Assembly: GCA_964519665.1 (NCBI GenBank)
Contig: CAZFIV010000011.1
Coordinates: 35,234-99,233 of the forward strand
From: an uncultured Myxococcales bacterium
GTDB taxonomy: Bacteria > Myxococcota > Kuafuiibacteriia > Kuafuiibacteriales > Kuafuiibacteriaceae
Length of the DNA: 64,000 nt
Direction of reading: 5' to 3'
The translations under genes and the position numbers were made by a program. This document shows positions 56,266 through 64,000 of this stretch, piece by piece; position 1 is the stretch's first letter; each line of letters opens with the position of its first letter. Under the pieces are notes generated by a model. It was not told the origin of the DNA. It made no database searches and saw only the letters and a program-made list of their open reading frames with translations.

Positions 56266-58938
56266 ATGAATCCAAAGGACGGCGCTGAGTTGATGACGAG
56301 GGACATCGATCCGGTCGAGACCCGTGAATGGCTCGAGTCCATTCAGTCGGTGTTGGATCGAGATGGGCCCGACCGCGCCCATTTTCTGCTTGAACAGCTG
56401 GTTTCGCGGGCTCGCGAATCGGGCGCGTTCCTCCCGTACACCGCGACGACCGCGTATTTGAACACCATCCCTCCTGACAAGCAGGCGCCCTTGCCGGGCG
56501 ACCCCGAGCTAGAGTGGCGGATCCGTACTTTGAATCGCTGGAACGCCATGGCCATGGTGGTGAAGGCCAACAAGGAGTCGTCCGAGCTCGGAGGTCACAT
56601 CGCGAGCTACGCTTCGTCCGCGGTTCTCTATGACATCGGTTTCAACCACTTCTGGCGGTCACCGACATCCGAGTCCGGTGGCGACCTCGTCTTCTTTCAG
56701 GGCCACTCGGCCCCCGGTATCTACGCGCGAGCATTCATGGAGGGCCGGCTCACCGAAGCTCAGCTGATCAAATTCCGGCGCGAAGTCGGGGAGGACGGTC
56801 TGTCTTCGTATCCGCACCCGTGGCTCATGCCCAGCTTTTGGCAGTTCCCGACGGTCTCGATGGGGCTTGGGCCGATCATGGCCATCTATCAGGCCCGGTT
56901 CATGAAGTATCTTCACAACCGCGGTCTCATCGACATGAAGGACCGCAAGGTATGGGCGTTTCTCGGGGACGGAGAGACGGACGAACCCGAGTCGCTCGGC
57001 GCGATCGGCCTCGCCGCCCGCGAGCACCTCGACAACCTGATCTTCGTAGTGAACTGCAATCTGCAGCGTCTGGACGGTCCGGTGCGAGGCAACGGGAAGA
57101 TCATTCAGGAGCTCGAGGGCACGTTCCGAGGAGCCGGGTGGAACGTCATCAAGGTCATCTGGGGGTCCAACTGGGACCCGCTGTTGATGCGCGACCATAG
57201 CGGGCTCTTGCGAAAGGTCATGGAAGAGACCGTCGATGGTGAATACCAGGCGTACAAAGCCAAAGGCGGCGCCTATACGCGCGAGCATTTCTTCGGCAAG
57301 TACCCCGAGACCAAGGAGCTGGTCAGCACGATGTCCGACGAAGACATTTGGCGGCTAACTCGGGGCGGGCACGACCCTCACAAGGTGTATGCCGCCTTCC
57401 ACGCGGCCGTAAATCATCAGGGTCAGCCTACGGTGATCCTCGCCAAGACCGTAAAGGGCTTCGGCATGGGCGAGGCCGGGGAAGGTCAGAACATCACTCA
57501 CCAGCAGAAGAAGATGGGTATCAACGCGCTCAAGGCGTTTCGTGATCGTTTCAAAGTACCGGTGTCCGACGAGGAGATCGGCGACGCGCCGTTCGTAAAG
57601 TTCGGCGAAGACAGCGCCGAGAGGGCGTACATGATGAAGCAGCGCGAGGCTCTAGGGGGCCCGCTACCCGCTCGCCGAATCGAGAGTCCTGCCCTCGAGA
57701 TCCCCGACCTGAAGGCATTCGACGCGCTGCTCAAACAAAGCGGCGACCGGACGTTCTCGACCACGATGGCGGTGGTACGCATTCTGAACACGTTGTGCCG
57801 CGACAAGAAGGTTGGACCGCACGTCGTGCCCATCGTCCCCGACGAAAGCCGCACGTTCGGCATGGAAGGCATGTTCCGGCAGCTCGGGATCTATTCTCCG
57901 GTCGGTCAGAAGTACCGGCCCGAAGACGCCGACCACCTCATGTACTATCGGGAAGAACGCAAAGGCCAGGTGCTGCAAGAAGGCATCAATGAAGCCGGCG
58001 CGATGTCGTCGTGGATCGCCGCCAGCACTTCATACTCCACCCACGGACTGCCGATGATTCCATTTTACATCTTCTATTCGATGTTCGGTTTTCAGCGGGT
58101 GGGCGACCTTTGTTGGGCGGCCGGTGACAGCCATGCGCGGGGATTTCTGATCGGAGGCACCGCGGGACGGACGACGCTCAATGGCGAGGGGCTTCAGCAC
58201 CAGGACGGCCACAGCCATATCCTGGCCGGAACCGTCCCCAACTGCGTCTCCTACGACCCGACCTTCGCCTACGAGATGGCGGTGATCGTGCACAGCGGCC
58301 TGCAGCGGATGTACCGAGACAACGAGTCCGTGTTCTTCTACATCACCGCGATGAACGAGAACTACGAGCATCCCGCGATGCCCGCCGGCGCCGAAGAGGG
58401 CATCCTCAAGGGGCTCTATCGGTTCCGGGACCGCGAAGGCGACAAAGCCGTTCAGCTGCTGGGCAGTGGCACCATCCTTCGGGAGGTCATCGCGGCCGGT
58501 GAATTGCTCGAAAGCGACTTCGGCGTTTCGGCGACCATCTGGAGCGCCCCCAGCTTCAACGAGCTGGCTCGGCAAGGGCAGGAAGCCGTTCGCTGGAGCC
58601 GGCTGCACCCGACCGAACCGGCTCCGACTCCCTACGTGACCGAGTGCCTGCGCAGTCGGCCGGGGCCGGTCGTCGCGGCGACCGACTACGTCAAGAACTA
58701 CGCCGAACAGATCCGGGCTTTCGTGCCTCAGACCTACGTGACCTTGGGGACGGACGGTTTCGGTCGTTCGTCGACCCGAAAGCAACTGCGGCGCCACTTC
58801 GAGGTCGACCGCTTTCACGTGGCGGTGGCCGCCCTGAAAGCCCTGGCCGACGAAGCGATGGTCGAGTCGTCGGTGGTCGCCGACGCGATCGCCCGCTACG
58901 GCATCGACACCGAGGCCCCACCGCCTCGCCGGGCCTGA
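56266..58938 (+). CDS. aceE: Pyruvate dehydrogenase E1 component (homodimeric AceE type)
   Basis: ~890 aa. Full-length match to AceE-type E1 (ThDP motif GDGETDEPES...NCN). The start was set to MNPKDGAEL after the RBS; the track ORF starts with an upstream GTG. Confidence 0.95.
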   Translation: MNPKDGAELMTRDIDPVETREWLESIQSVLDRDGPDRAHFLLEQLVSRARESGAFLPYTATTAYLNTIPPDKQAPLPGDPELEWRIRTLNRWNAMAMVVKANKESSELGGHIASYASSAVLYDIGFNHFWRSPTSESGGDLVFFQGHSAPGIYARAFMEGRLTEAQLIKFRREVGEDGLSSYPHPWLMPSFWQFPTVSMGLGPIMAIYQARFMKYLHNRGLIDMKDRKVWAFLGDGETDEPESLGAIGLAAREHLDNLIFVVNCNLQRLDGPVRGNGKIIQELEGTFRGAGWNVIKVIWGSNWDPLLMRDHSGLLRKVMEETVDGEYQAYKAKGGAYTREHFFGKYPETKELVSTMSDEDIWRLTRGGHDPHKVYAAFHAAVNHQGQPTVILAKTVKGFGMGEAGEGQNITHQQKKMGINALKAFRDRFKVPVSDEEIGDAPFVKFGEDSAERAYMMKQREALGGPLPARRIESPALEIPDLKAFDALLKQSGDRTFSTTMAVVRILNTLCRDKKVGPHVVPIVPDESRTFGMEGMFRQLGIYSPVGQKYRPEDADHLMYYREERKGQVLQEGINEAGAMSSWIAASTSYSTHGLPMIPFYIFYSMFGFQRVGDLCWAAGDSHARGFLIGGTAGRTTLNGEGLQHQDGHSHILAGTVPNCVSYDPTFAYEMAVIVHSGLQRMYRDNESVFFYITAMNENYEHPAMPAGAEEGILKGLYRFRDREGDKAVQLLGSGTILREVIAAGELLESDFGVSATIWSAPSFNELARQGQEAVRWSRLHPTEPAPTPYVTECLRSRPGPVVAATDYVKNYAEQIRAFVPQTYVTLGTDGFGRSSTRKQLRRHFEVDRFHVAVAALKALADEAMVESSVVADAIARYGIDTEAPPPRRA

Positions 58939-58950
58939 TCGGAGCGCGAC

Positions 58951-60288
58951 ATGTCAAACATCATCGAAGTCAAGGTGCCCGACATCGGGGACTTTGAGGA
59001 CGTCGAAATCATCGATGTCCTCGTCAAGGTCGGGGAACAGGTCAACGCGGAAGACCCGTTGATCACGCTCGAGAGTGACAAGGCGAGCATGGATGTGCCG
59101 TCTTCGCACTCCGGGGTGGTGGCCTTCGTTCTGGTCCGGGTCGGCGACCGGGTGTCCGAAGGGACGCCCATCGTTCAGATCGAAGCCAGCGAAGCCGCGG
59201 TGCCGGCGCCGCCGTCGCCCGAGGGCCACCAAGAGCAGGAAGCCACGCCGCCACGGCCCACCCCCCCGGCGCGGAGCGCGGATTCACCGCAGCCGGCTCC
59301 GGGGGCCGGGATGACGCCGGGGGCCGACCCCGGGCCGGCGCCGGCGAGCGCGCTTCTTCCAGTCGATGAGACAGGCTTCGCGACGGCCCATGCGAGCCCG
59401 TCGGTTCGGGGGTTCGCGAGGGAGTTGGGCGCCGATCTCGGCAAGATCAAAGGCACCGGCCGCAAGGGGAGGATCCTTCGCGAGGACGTCATCGCCTTTG
59501 TGAAAGGTGCGTTGTCCGCCCCCGCGGTGGCGGCGACCGGGGCCGATGGAGCGGGTATTCCGCCAATTCCGGCGGTCGACTTCTCGAAGTTCGGCCCTAC
59601 GGAGACGGTGCCGCTGTCCAGGATTCAAAAGATCTCGGGACCGGTTCTGCACCGGGCATGGCTCAACGTTCCGCACGTCACCCATCACGATGAGTCCGAC
59701 ATCACCGAGCTCGACGCGTTTCGCAAGGAGCTGGACACGAAGGCCAAGCAGGAGGGGTATCGGGTCACGCTCCTGTCTTTCATCATGAAGGCGGTCGTGG
59801 TGGCTCTGAAGGCCCATCCGCAGTTCAACGCGTCGCTGTCGCCCGACCAAGAGCACTTGATCCTCAAGCAGTATTTCAACCTCGGGGTCGCAGTGGACAC
59901 TCCCAACGGCCTCGTGGTGCCCGTCGTCAAGGAAGTCGACCAGAAAGGCATTGTCGAGCTGTCGAGAGAGCTCGGCGAGACCTCGGTGCGGGCGCGGGAA
60001 GGTAAGCTGACCCCGAACGATCTCCGCGGCGGGTGCTTTTCGATCTCGAGCTTGGGAGGCATCGGAGGCACCGGTTTCTCGCCGATCGTTTTCGCACCCG
60101 AAGTGGCGATCCTCGGCGTGACCCGGTCGAAGTGGAAGCCCGAGTGGAACGGCGAGTCGTTCGTTCCTCGGCTGATGTTGCCCTTGTCGCTCTCGTACGA
60201 CCACCGGGTGATCGACGGCGCCGCCGCGGCAAAGTTCACTCGGTTCCTCGCCGACTTGCTGGCGGACGCCCGGCGGATGCTGCTGTAG
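58951..60288 (+). CDS. aceF: Dihydrolipoamide acetyltransferase E2 (single lipoyl domain + PSBD + catalytic domain)
   Basis: Lipoyl-Lys motif LESDKASMDVPS, a Pro/Ala linker, a peripheral subunit-binding domain (ASPSVRGFARELGADL) and the catalytic DHRVIDGA. Confidence 0.9.
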   Translation: MSNIIEVKVPDIGDFEDVEIIDVLVKVGEQVNAEDPLITLESDKASMDVPSSHSGVVAFVLVRVGDRVSEGTPIVQIEASEAAVPAPPSPEGHQEQEATPPRPTPPARSADSPQPAPGAGMTPGADPGPAPASALLPVDETGFATAHASPSVRGFARELGADLGKIKGTGRKGRILREDVIAFVKGALSAPAVAATGADGAGIPPIPAVDFSKFGPTETVPLSRIQKISGPVLHRAWLNVPHVTHHDESDITELDAFRKELDTKAKQEGYRVTLLSFIMKAVVVALKAHPQFNASLSPDQEHLILKQYFNLGVAVDTPNGLVVPVVKEVDQKGIVELSRELGETSVRAREGKLTPNDLRGGCFSISSLGGIGGTGFSPIVFAPEVAILGVTRSKWKPEWNGESFVPRLMLPLSLSYDHRVIDGAAAAKFTRFLADLLADARRMLL

Positions 60289-60305
60289 CGAGAAAGGACC
60301 ACCGA

Positions 60306-62033
60306 ATGAGTCAAACCGTCGACGTCAAAGTACCAGATATTGGCGACTTCGATGACGTACCGGTCATCGAAGTCCACGTTAAGCCGAACGACGCGGTGGC
60401 GAAAGAAGATCCGCTGGTCACTCTAGAGAGCGACAAGGCCACGATGGACATCCCCTCGCCGGCGGCGGGGGTGGTCGATAGTATCGTCGTCAACGTTGGA
60501 GACACCGTTTCCGAAGGCGCCGTGATCCTCACGCTTCGGGTATCGGAGGCCCCCGAGGCCCCGGCGTCGAGCGTGCCTTCGCGAGAACCAGAGGTGAGTG
60601 CAGACGCTCCGCTCAAGAGCGACCTTCACGCGGAGCTTCTGGTGCTCGGCTCGGGCCCGGGGGGGTATACGGCGGCGTTTCGGGCCGCCGACCTCGGGCT
60701 CCGCACGGTGCTCGTCGAAAAGGACCCCACGCTCGGCGGCGTGTGTCTGAACGTTGGCTGCATCCCGTCGAAGGCGCTCCTTCACGCGGCCAAAGTCATC
60801 ACCGATGCCGAGGACATGAACGCCCATGGCCTGAGCTTCGCCCGTCCGAGTATCGACCTCGATCGGCTTCGAGCTTGGAAAGATGGCGTCGTGAAACGAC
60901 TGACGGGCGGCCTCACGACATTGGCCAAGCAGCGAAAAGTTCAGGTGGTCGAGGGTTACGGCACGTTCGTGGGGCCCCACGCGCTTCAGGTGCAGACCGC
61001 CTCCGGCCAGACGCGCGTTTCGTTCGACCACGCGGTCATCGCCGCTGGGTCGGAGGTCGTCCGGTTGCCGTTCGTTCCCCCTGACGATCCCCGGGTGATG
61101 GACTCGACCGGGGCCCTCGAGCTCGCCGACATCCCGGAGCGCCTCCTGGTGATCGGCGGCGGTATCATCGGGATGGAGATGGCAACGGTGTACGACGCAT
61201 TGGGTTCGAAGGTCACGGTGGTCGAGCTGATGGACTCGCTCTTGGGCGGGGCCGACGCCGACATCGTTCGGCCTCTCAAGAGGCGGGTCGACCGGCGCTA
61301 CGAGAACATCCATCTCGGGTCGAAAGTCACCGCCGTCGAGGGTCGCGACGACGGCATGCACGTGACCTACGAGACTCCGAAGGGCGTGCACACCGAACGC
61401 TTCGACCGCGTGTTGGTCGCGGTGGGGCGAAAGCCCAATGGGCATTTGGTCGGAGCGGAAGCGGCGGGCGTCAAAGTCGACGACCGGGGCTTCATCGCCG
61501 TCGACCAGCAGATGCGCACCAACGTTCCGCATATCTTTGCCATCGGCGATGTCGTGGGGCAGCCGATGCTGGCTCACAAGGCGACCCACGAAGGAAAGGT
61601 GGCCGCCGAAGTGGCCGCCGGTCACAAGCGGGCCTTCGACGCGCGGGTGATTCCATCGGTGGCCTACACCGACCCCGAAGTCGCTTGGGTCGGCCTCACC
61701 GAAAACGAAGCCAAGGCCAGCGGAACGAAGTACGACAAGGCCAGCATCCCCTGGGCGGCGAGCGGCCGGGCCCTCGCCGTCGATCGGCCCGAAGGCGTCA
61801 CCAAGCTCCTGTTCGACGAAAACGGCAAGGTCGTGGGCGGTGCCATCACCGGACCCAGCGCGGGCGATCTGATTTCGGAAGTCGCGCTGGCCATCGAAAT
61901 GGGATGTGATGCGGCCGACATTGGACTGACGATCCATCCGCATCCTACGTTGTCCGAGACGGTGGCGTTTTCGGCCGAGGCGTTCGAGGGTACGATCACA
62001 GACCTGTATCTACCCAAGCGCACGGGTCGCTGA
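60306..62033 (+). CDS. lpd: Dihydrolipoyl dehydrogenase E3 with an N-terminal lipoyl domain
   Basis: N-terminal lipoyl domain (LESDKATMDIPS), then a Lpd core with the redox disulfide GGVCLNVGCIPSK, FAD/NAD GxGxxG motifs and C-terminal HPHPTLSE. The track ORF is over-extended upstream; the start was set at the ATG at 60306. Confidence 0.9.
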   Translation: MSQTVDVKVPDIGDFDDVPVIEVHVKPNDAVAKEDPLVTLESDKATMDIPSPAAGVVDSIVVNVGDTVSEGAVILTLRVSEAPEAPASSVPSREPEVSADAPLKSDLHAELLVLGSGPGGYTAAFRAADLGLRTVLVEKDPTLGGVCLNVGCIPSKALLHAAKVITDAEDMNAHGLSFARPSIDLDRLRAWKDGVVKRLTGGLTTLAKQRKVQVVEGYGTFVGPHALQVQTASGQTRVSFDHAVIAAGSEVVRLPFVPPDDPRVMDSTGALELADIPERLLVIGGGIIGMEMATVYDALGSKVTVVELMDSLLGGADADIVRPLKRRVDRRYENIHLGSKVTAVEGRDDGMHVTYETPKGVHTERFDRVLVAVGRKPNGHLVGAEAAGVKVDDRGFIAVDQQMRTNVPHIFAIGDVVGQPMLAHKATHEGKVAAEVAAGHKRAFDARVIPSVAYTDPEVAWVGLTENEAKASGTKYDKASIPWAASGRALAVDRPEGVTKLLFDENGKVVGGAITGPSAGDLISEVALAIEMGCDAADIGLTIHPHPTLSETVAFSAEAFEGTITDLYLPKRTGR

Positions 62034-62044
62034 GCCCCGTGGTA

Positions 62045-62050
62045 AAGGAG
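62045..62050 (+). promoter_or_regulatory. Ribosome-binding site (AAGGAG)
   Basis: AAGGAG lies 6 nt upstream of the ATG at 62057. Confidence 0.4.
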
Positions 62051-62056
62051 CGAGAC

Positions 62057-62314
62057 ATGGTTGATATTATCATCTGGCTGGTGCTGGGGCTCATCGCGGG
62101 GGCCATCGCCAAGTTCATCATGCCGGGCAAAGACCCCGGCGGGTTCTTTGTCACGATCGGTATCGGTATTCTCGGAGCGTTCATCGGGGGGGAAGTGGGT
62201 GAGTTCCTCCAGCTCGACACGACGACCGACGGCAGTCTGCACTTCGGCAGCATTGCGACCGCCGTGTTCGGGGCCCTCATTCTGCTGGGCGTCTTGCGGC
62301 TCATCCGGCGGTGA
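62057..62314 (+). CDS. GlsB/YeaQ/YmgE-family small membrane protein (transglycosylase-associated protein)
   Basis: 85 aa with 3 Gly-rich TM helices (IIIWLVLGLIAGAIAKFIMPGKDPGGFFVTIGIGILGAFIGGEVG). The start was set after the strong RBS. Confidence 0.75.
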   Translation: MVDIIIWLVLGLIAGAIAKFIMPGKDPGGFFVTIGIGILGAFIGGEVGEFLQLDTTTDGSLHFGSIATAVFGALILLGVLRLIRR

Positions 62315-62379
62315 TCGTTCCGCAGGCTCCGCTCGCGTTTTCGCCGTCGCCGCCGAGTCCTCACCGGCCGTTGACAAAG

Positions 62380-63207
62380 TCAGCGGTCCGCGAGGGTCAA
62401 GGCTACCCAGCCGGGCCATGACGCGCATCGATGCTCGGCGACGACGGTCCATGGCCGGTAACGGGCGACGAGCGTCGGCGCGTCGCTGTCAACCATTCCC
62501 GACAACACCATGCGGCCCCCGGCCCGGCATTGGTTCTTGAGCGCGGGCGCGAGCTCGAAGAGAACCGGCGGCGTGATATTGGCCAGAACCAAGTCCGCAG
62601 GCTCGGGGGGCCAAGCTGCGATGACCTGGGTCGGGCGCTGATTGATGGCGGCGTTGGCGGCGGTGGCGGCTCGGGCTTGGGGGTCGATGTCGGTGGCCCA
62701 AACCGTGGACGCGCCAAGGTGATGGGCGGCCAGAGCCAAGACTCCGGTCCCTGAGCCCACATCCAGCACCGAGGGACCGATGGGGCGCGGGAGCTGGGCT
62801 ATGGCGAGCAACGCGAGTCGGGTCGACGGATGGTCGGCAAAGCCAAACCCGCGACCGGCCTCGAGGTAGATCGCCAGCCGATCTTTCGGCGATGGGGTGG
62901 GCTCGGCGCCGGGCGCGACGGGTGCGATCCAAAAGGGGCCCACCGCATGCGGAGTCCAGTCGGTCGTCCACGTCGACCGCTTGACGAGCTGGTCCGGCCG
63001 ACGGTGGGCGGACGGCACCGACGTCAGATCGATCGCCGGCGGAGGACCCGCCTCGGGGGCCCAGTAGACCATGACCCTCGTCGTGTGGGCGCCGGGACCG
63101 TCCTCGATGACCACCTCGTCGAGGCCGGCGACCGATAGCACTCCGAGCACCGCTTCTTCTTCGGTGCTCGGTACCTCGATGGTGATCAGGAGGTCGGCGG
63201 GTTCCAC
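62380..63207 (-). CDS. prmA: Ribosomal protein L11 methyltransferase PrmA
   Basis: PrmA N-terminal domain and a SAM-binding motif (VLDVGSGTGVLALAA), DID (TDIDPQA) and NIT-like (LANITPP) motifs. Confidence 0.85.
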   Translation of the reverse strand: MEPADLLITIEVPSTEEEAVLGVLSVAGLDEVVIEDGPGAHTTRVMVYWAPEAGPPPAIDLTSVPSAHRRPDQLVKRSTWTTDWTPHAVGPFWIAPVAPGAEPTPSPKDRLAIYLEAGRGFGFADHPSTRLALLAIAQLPRPIGPSVLDVGSGTGVLALAAHHLGASTVWATDIDPQARAATAANAAINQRPTQVIAAWPPEPADLVLANITPPVLFELAPALKNQCRAGGRMVLSGMVDSDAPTLVARYRPWTVVAEHRCASWPGWVALTLADR

Positions 63208-63214
63208 TCGACGC

Positions 63215-64000
63215 TCAATGTGTCGTTTCCGGGGTTGCGCCGGGCGCGATCACCCCGTCGAGTTGGATTTCGATCGTCGGGAGCAGCGGGAGACTCTGAG
63301 CCACCGTGGAGCTGTCGCTGGGTTCGAGCTCGATCTCAGTGGGGAGCGAGCCGGTGACCGCTCGCTCGGCGATGACCCGCCCAGCGAGGCTGTCCGCAGT
63401 CAGGACAAACGTCGTTATGCCCGGGCCGACCCGGGGCGACAGCGACCCTCGGCTGGTGGTGGTCGAACTCGTCATGACGCCCAGGAAGCCGGGAACCGGC
63501 GTTTCGTTGGCGGTGAGCGTCAGATCGGACACCGAGATGACGTCCCACGACACCGTGACCGACGCGGTGTCCACGAACGTGGACGGCGTGACATCGAAGC
63601 TGACGATGGTGGGCGGGGCGATGCCCAGCACGCTGGCGGAGACGGTCACGGACCCATCGGCGTTGATCGCCTCGACCTGATAGGTCGTGGTGCCTTCGGG
63701 CACCGGCACGATAAGACTGCCCATCAGGTCGGCGCTGGCGCCGAAGGTGACGGTACCGGTCGAGACTCGGATTTCGTCGGCCATCATCACCGACCAGCTC
63801 AGCGCGGTGGTGCCGTTGGCGGGGACCGGATTCGGGCTGACGCTCACCGAGACGATGATGGGAAGCTCTGGGACCACGGTGATCGTCTCGGTGGCGGTGA
63901 CGTTTCCGCCCGGGCTGAAGGCCGTCAGCGTGTAGCTGGTGGTGACTGAGGGCATGACGTCGGTCGACCCGGTCAACAGGGCGGAGTCCGAGACGGTCTC
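63215..64000 (-). CDS. Secreted Ig-like/beta-sandwich tandem-repeat protein, partial (C-terminal ~260 aa; the N-terminus lies beyond the window end)
   Basis: The frame is open from the window edge to the stop at 63215. Thr/Ser/Val-rich ~85-90 aa modules recur (YTLTAFSPGGNVTATETITVV / YQVEAINADGSVTVSASVLGI / TFVLTADSLAGRVIAERAVTG). The track start at 63976 is a TTG and the frame continues upstream. Confidence 0.6.
   Translation of the reverse strand, partial: ETVSDSALLTGSTDVMPSVTTSYTLTAFSPGGNVTATETITVVPELPIIVSVSVSPNPVPANGTTALSWSVMMADEIRVSTGTVTFGASADLMGSLIVPVPEGTTTYQVEAINADGSVTVSASVLGIAPPTIVSFDVTPSTFVDTASVTVSWDVISVSDLTLTANETPVPGFLGVMTSSTTTSRGSLSPRVGPGITTFVLTADSLAGRVIAERAVTGSLPTEIELEPSDSSTVAQSLPLLPTIEIQLDGVIAPGATPETTH

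Overview
This window is a high-GC (~68-70%) bacterial chromosomal segment with very strong GC3 codon bias. Its gene content (T2SS, Che-like cluster, PEGA-domain Ser/Thr kinase, many lipoproteins, ECF sigma) fits a Myxococcota/deltaproteobacterial genome; the organism assignment is inference. The window is densely coding and mostly housekeeping or core functions. In order:

- a MotA/MotB-type stator pair with a coiled-coil partner and a partial downstream gene that the ORF track misses;
- RluA pseudouridine synthase, an SDR, and a thymidine kinase fused to a SixA-like phosphohistidine phosphatase;
- an ATP synthase sub-operon with only b'-b-delta-alpha;
- ECF sigma, citrate synthase, an esterase and a SAM methyltransferase;
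- a 7-gene chemosensory operon (cheA-cheW-soluble MCP-cheY-cheB-cheR-cheX);
- a CPBP protease, a tldD/pmbA pair and an orphan BtuF-like binding protein;
- two tandem NAD-dependent epimerase/3beta-HSD paralogs, a LOG-family protein, an alpha/beta hydrolase and a PEGA-domain Ser/Thr kinase;
- DUF885, MltG and a DMT transporter;
- a complete collinear type II secretion cluster gspC-D-E-F-G-H-I-J-K-L-M-N;
- an SRAP/YedK protein, LysR, glutathione peroxidase, the pyruvate dehydrogenase operon aceE-aceF-lpd, PrmA and a partial Ig-like repeat protein.

I saw no CRISPR array, rRNA, obvious tRNA or mobile element. Most long antisense ORFs in the track are high-GC shadow frames. The ORF track also appears to accept GTG/TTG starts printed as M, so some starts were re-set to plausible internal ATG/GTG codons. 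The most unusual items are the Tdk-SixA fusion, the stator-like MotAB module with its unlisted partial neighbour, the truncated atp operon, and several oddities inside the T2SS operon (long GspG leader, elongated GspI, DMT transporter translationally coupled at the operon end).
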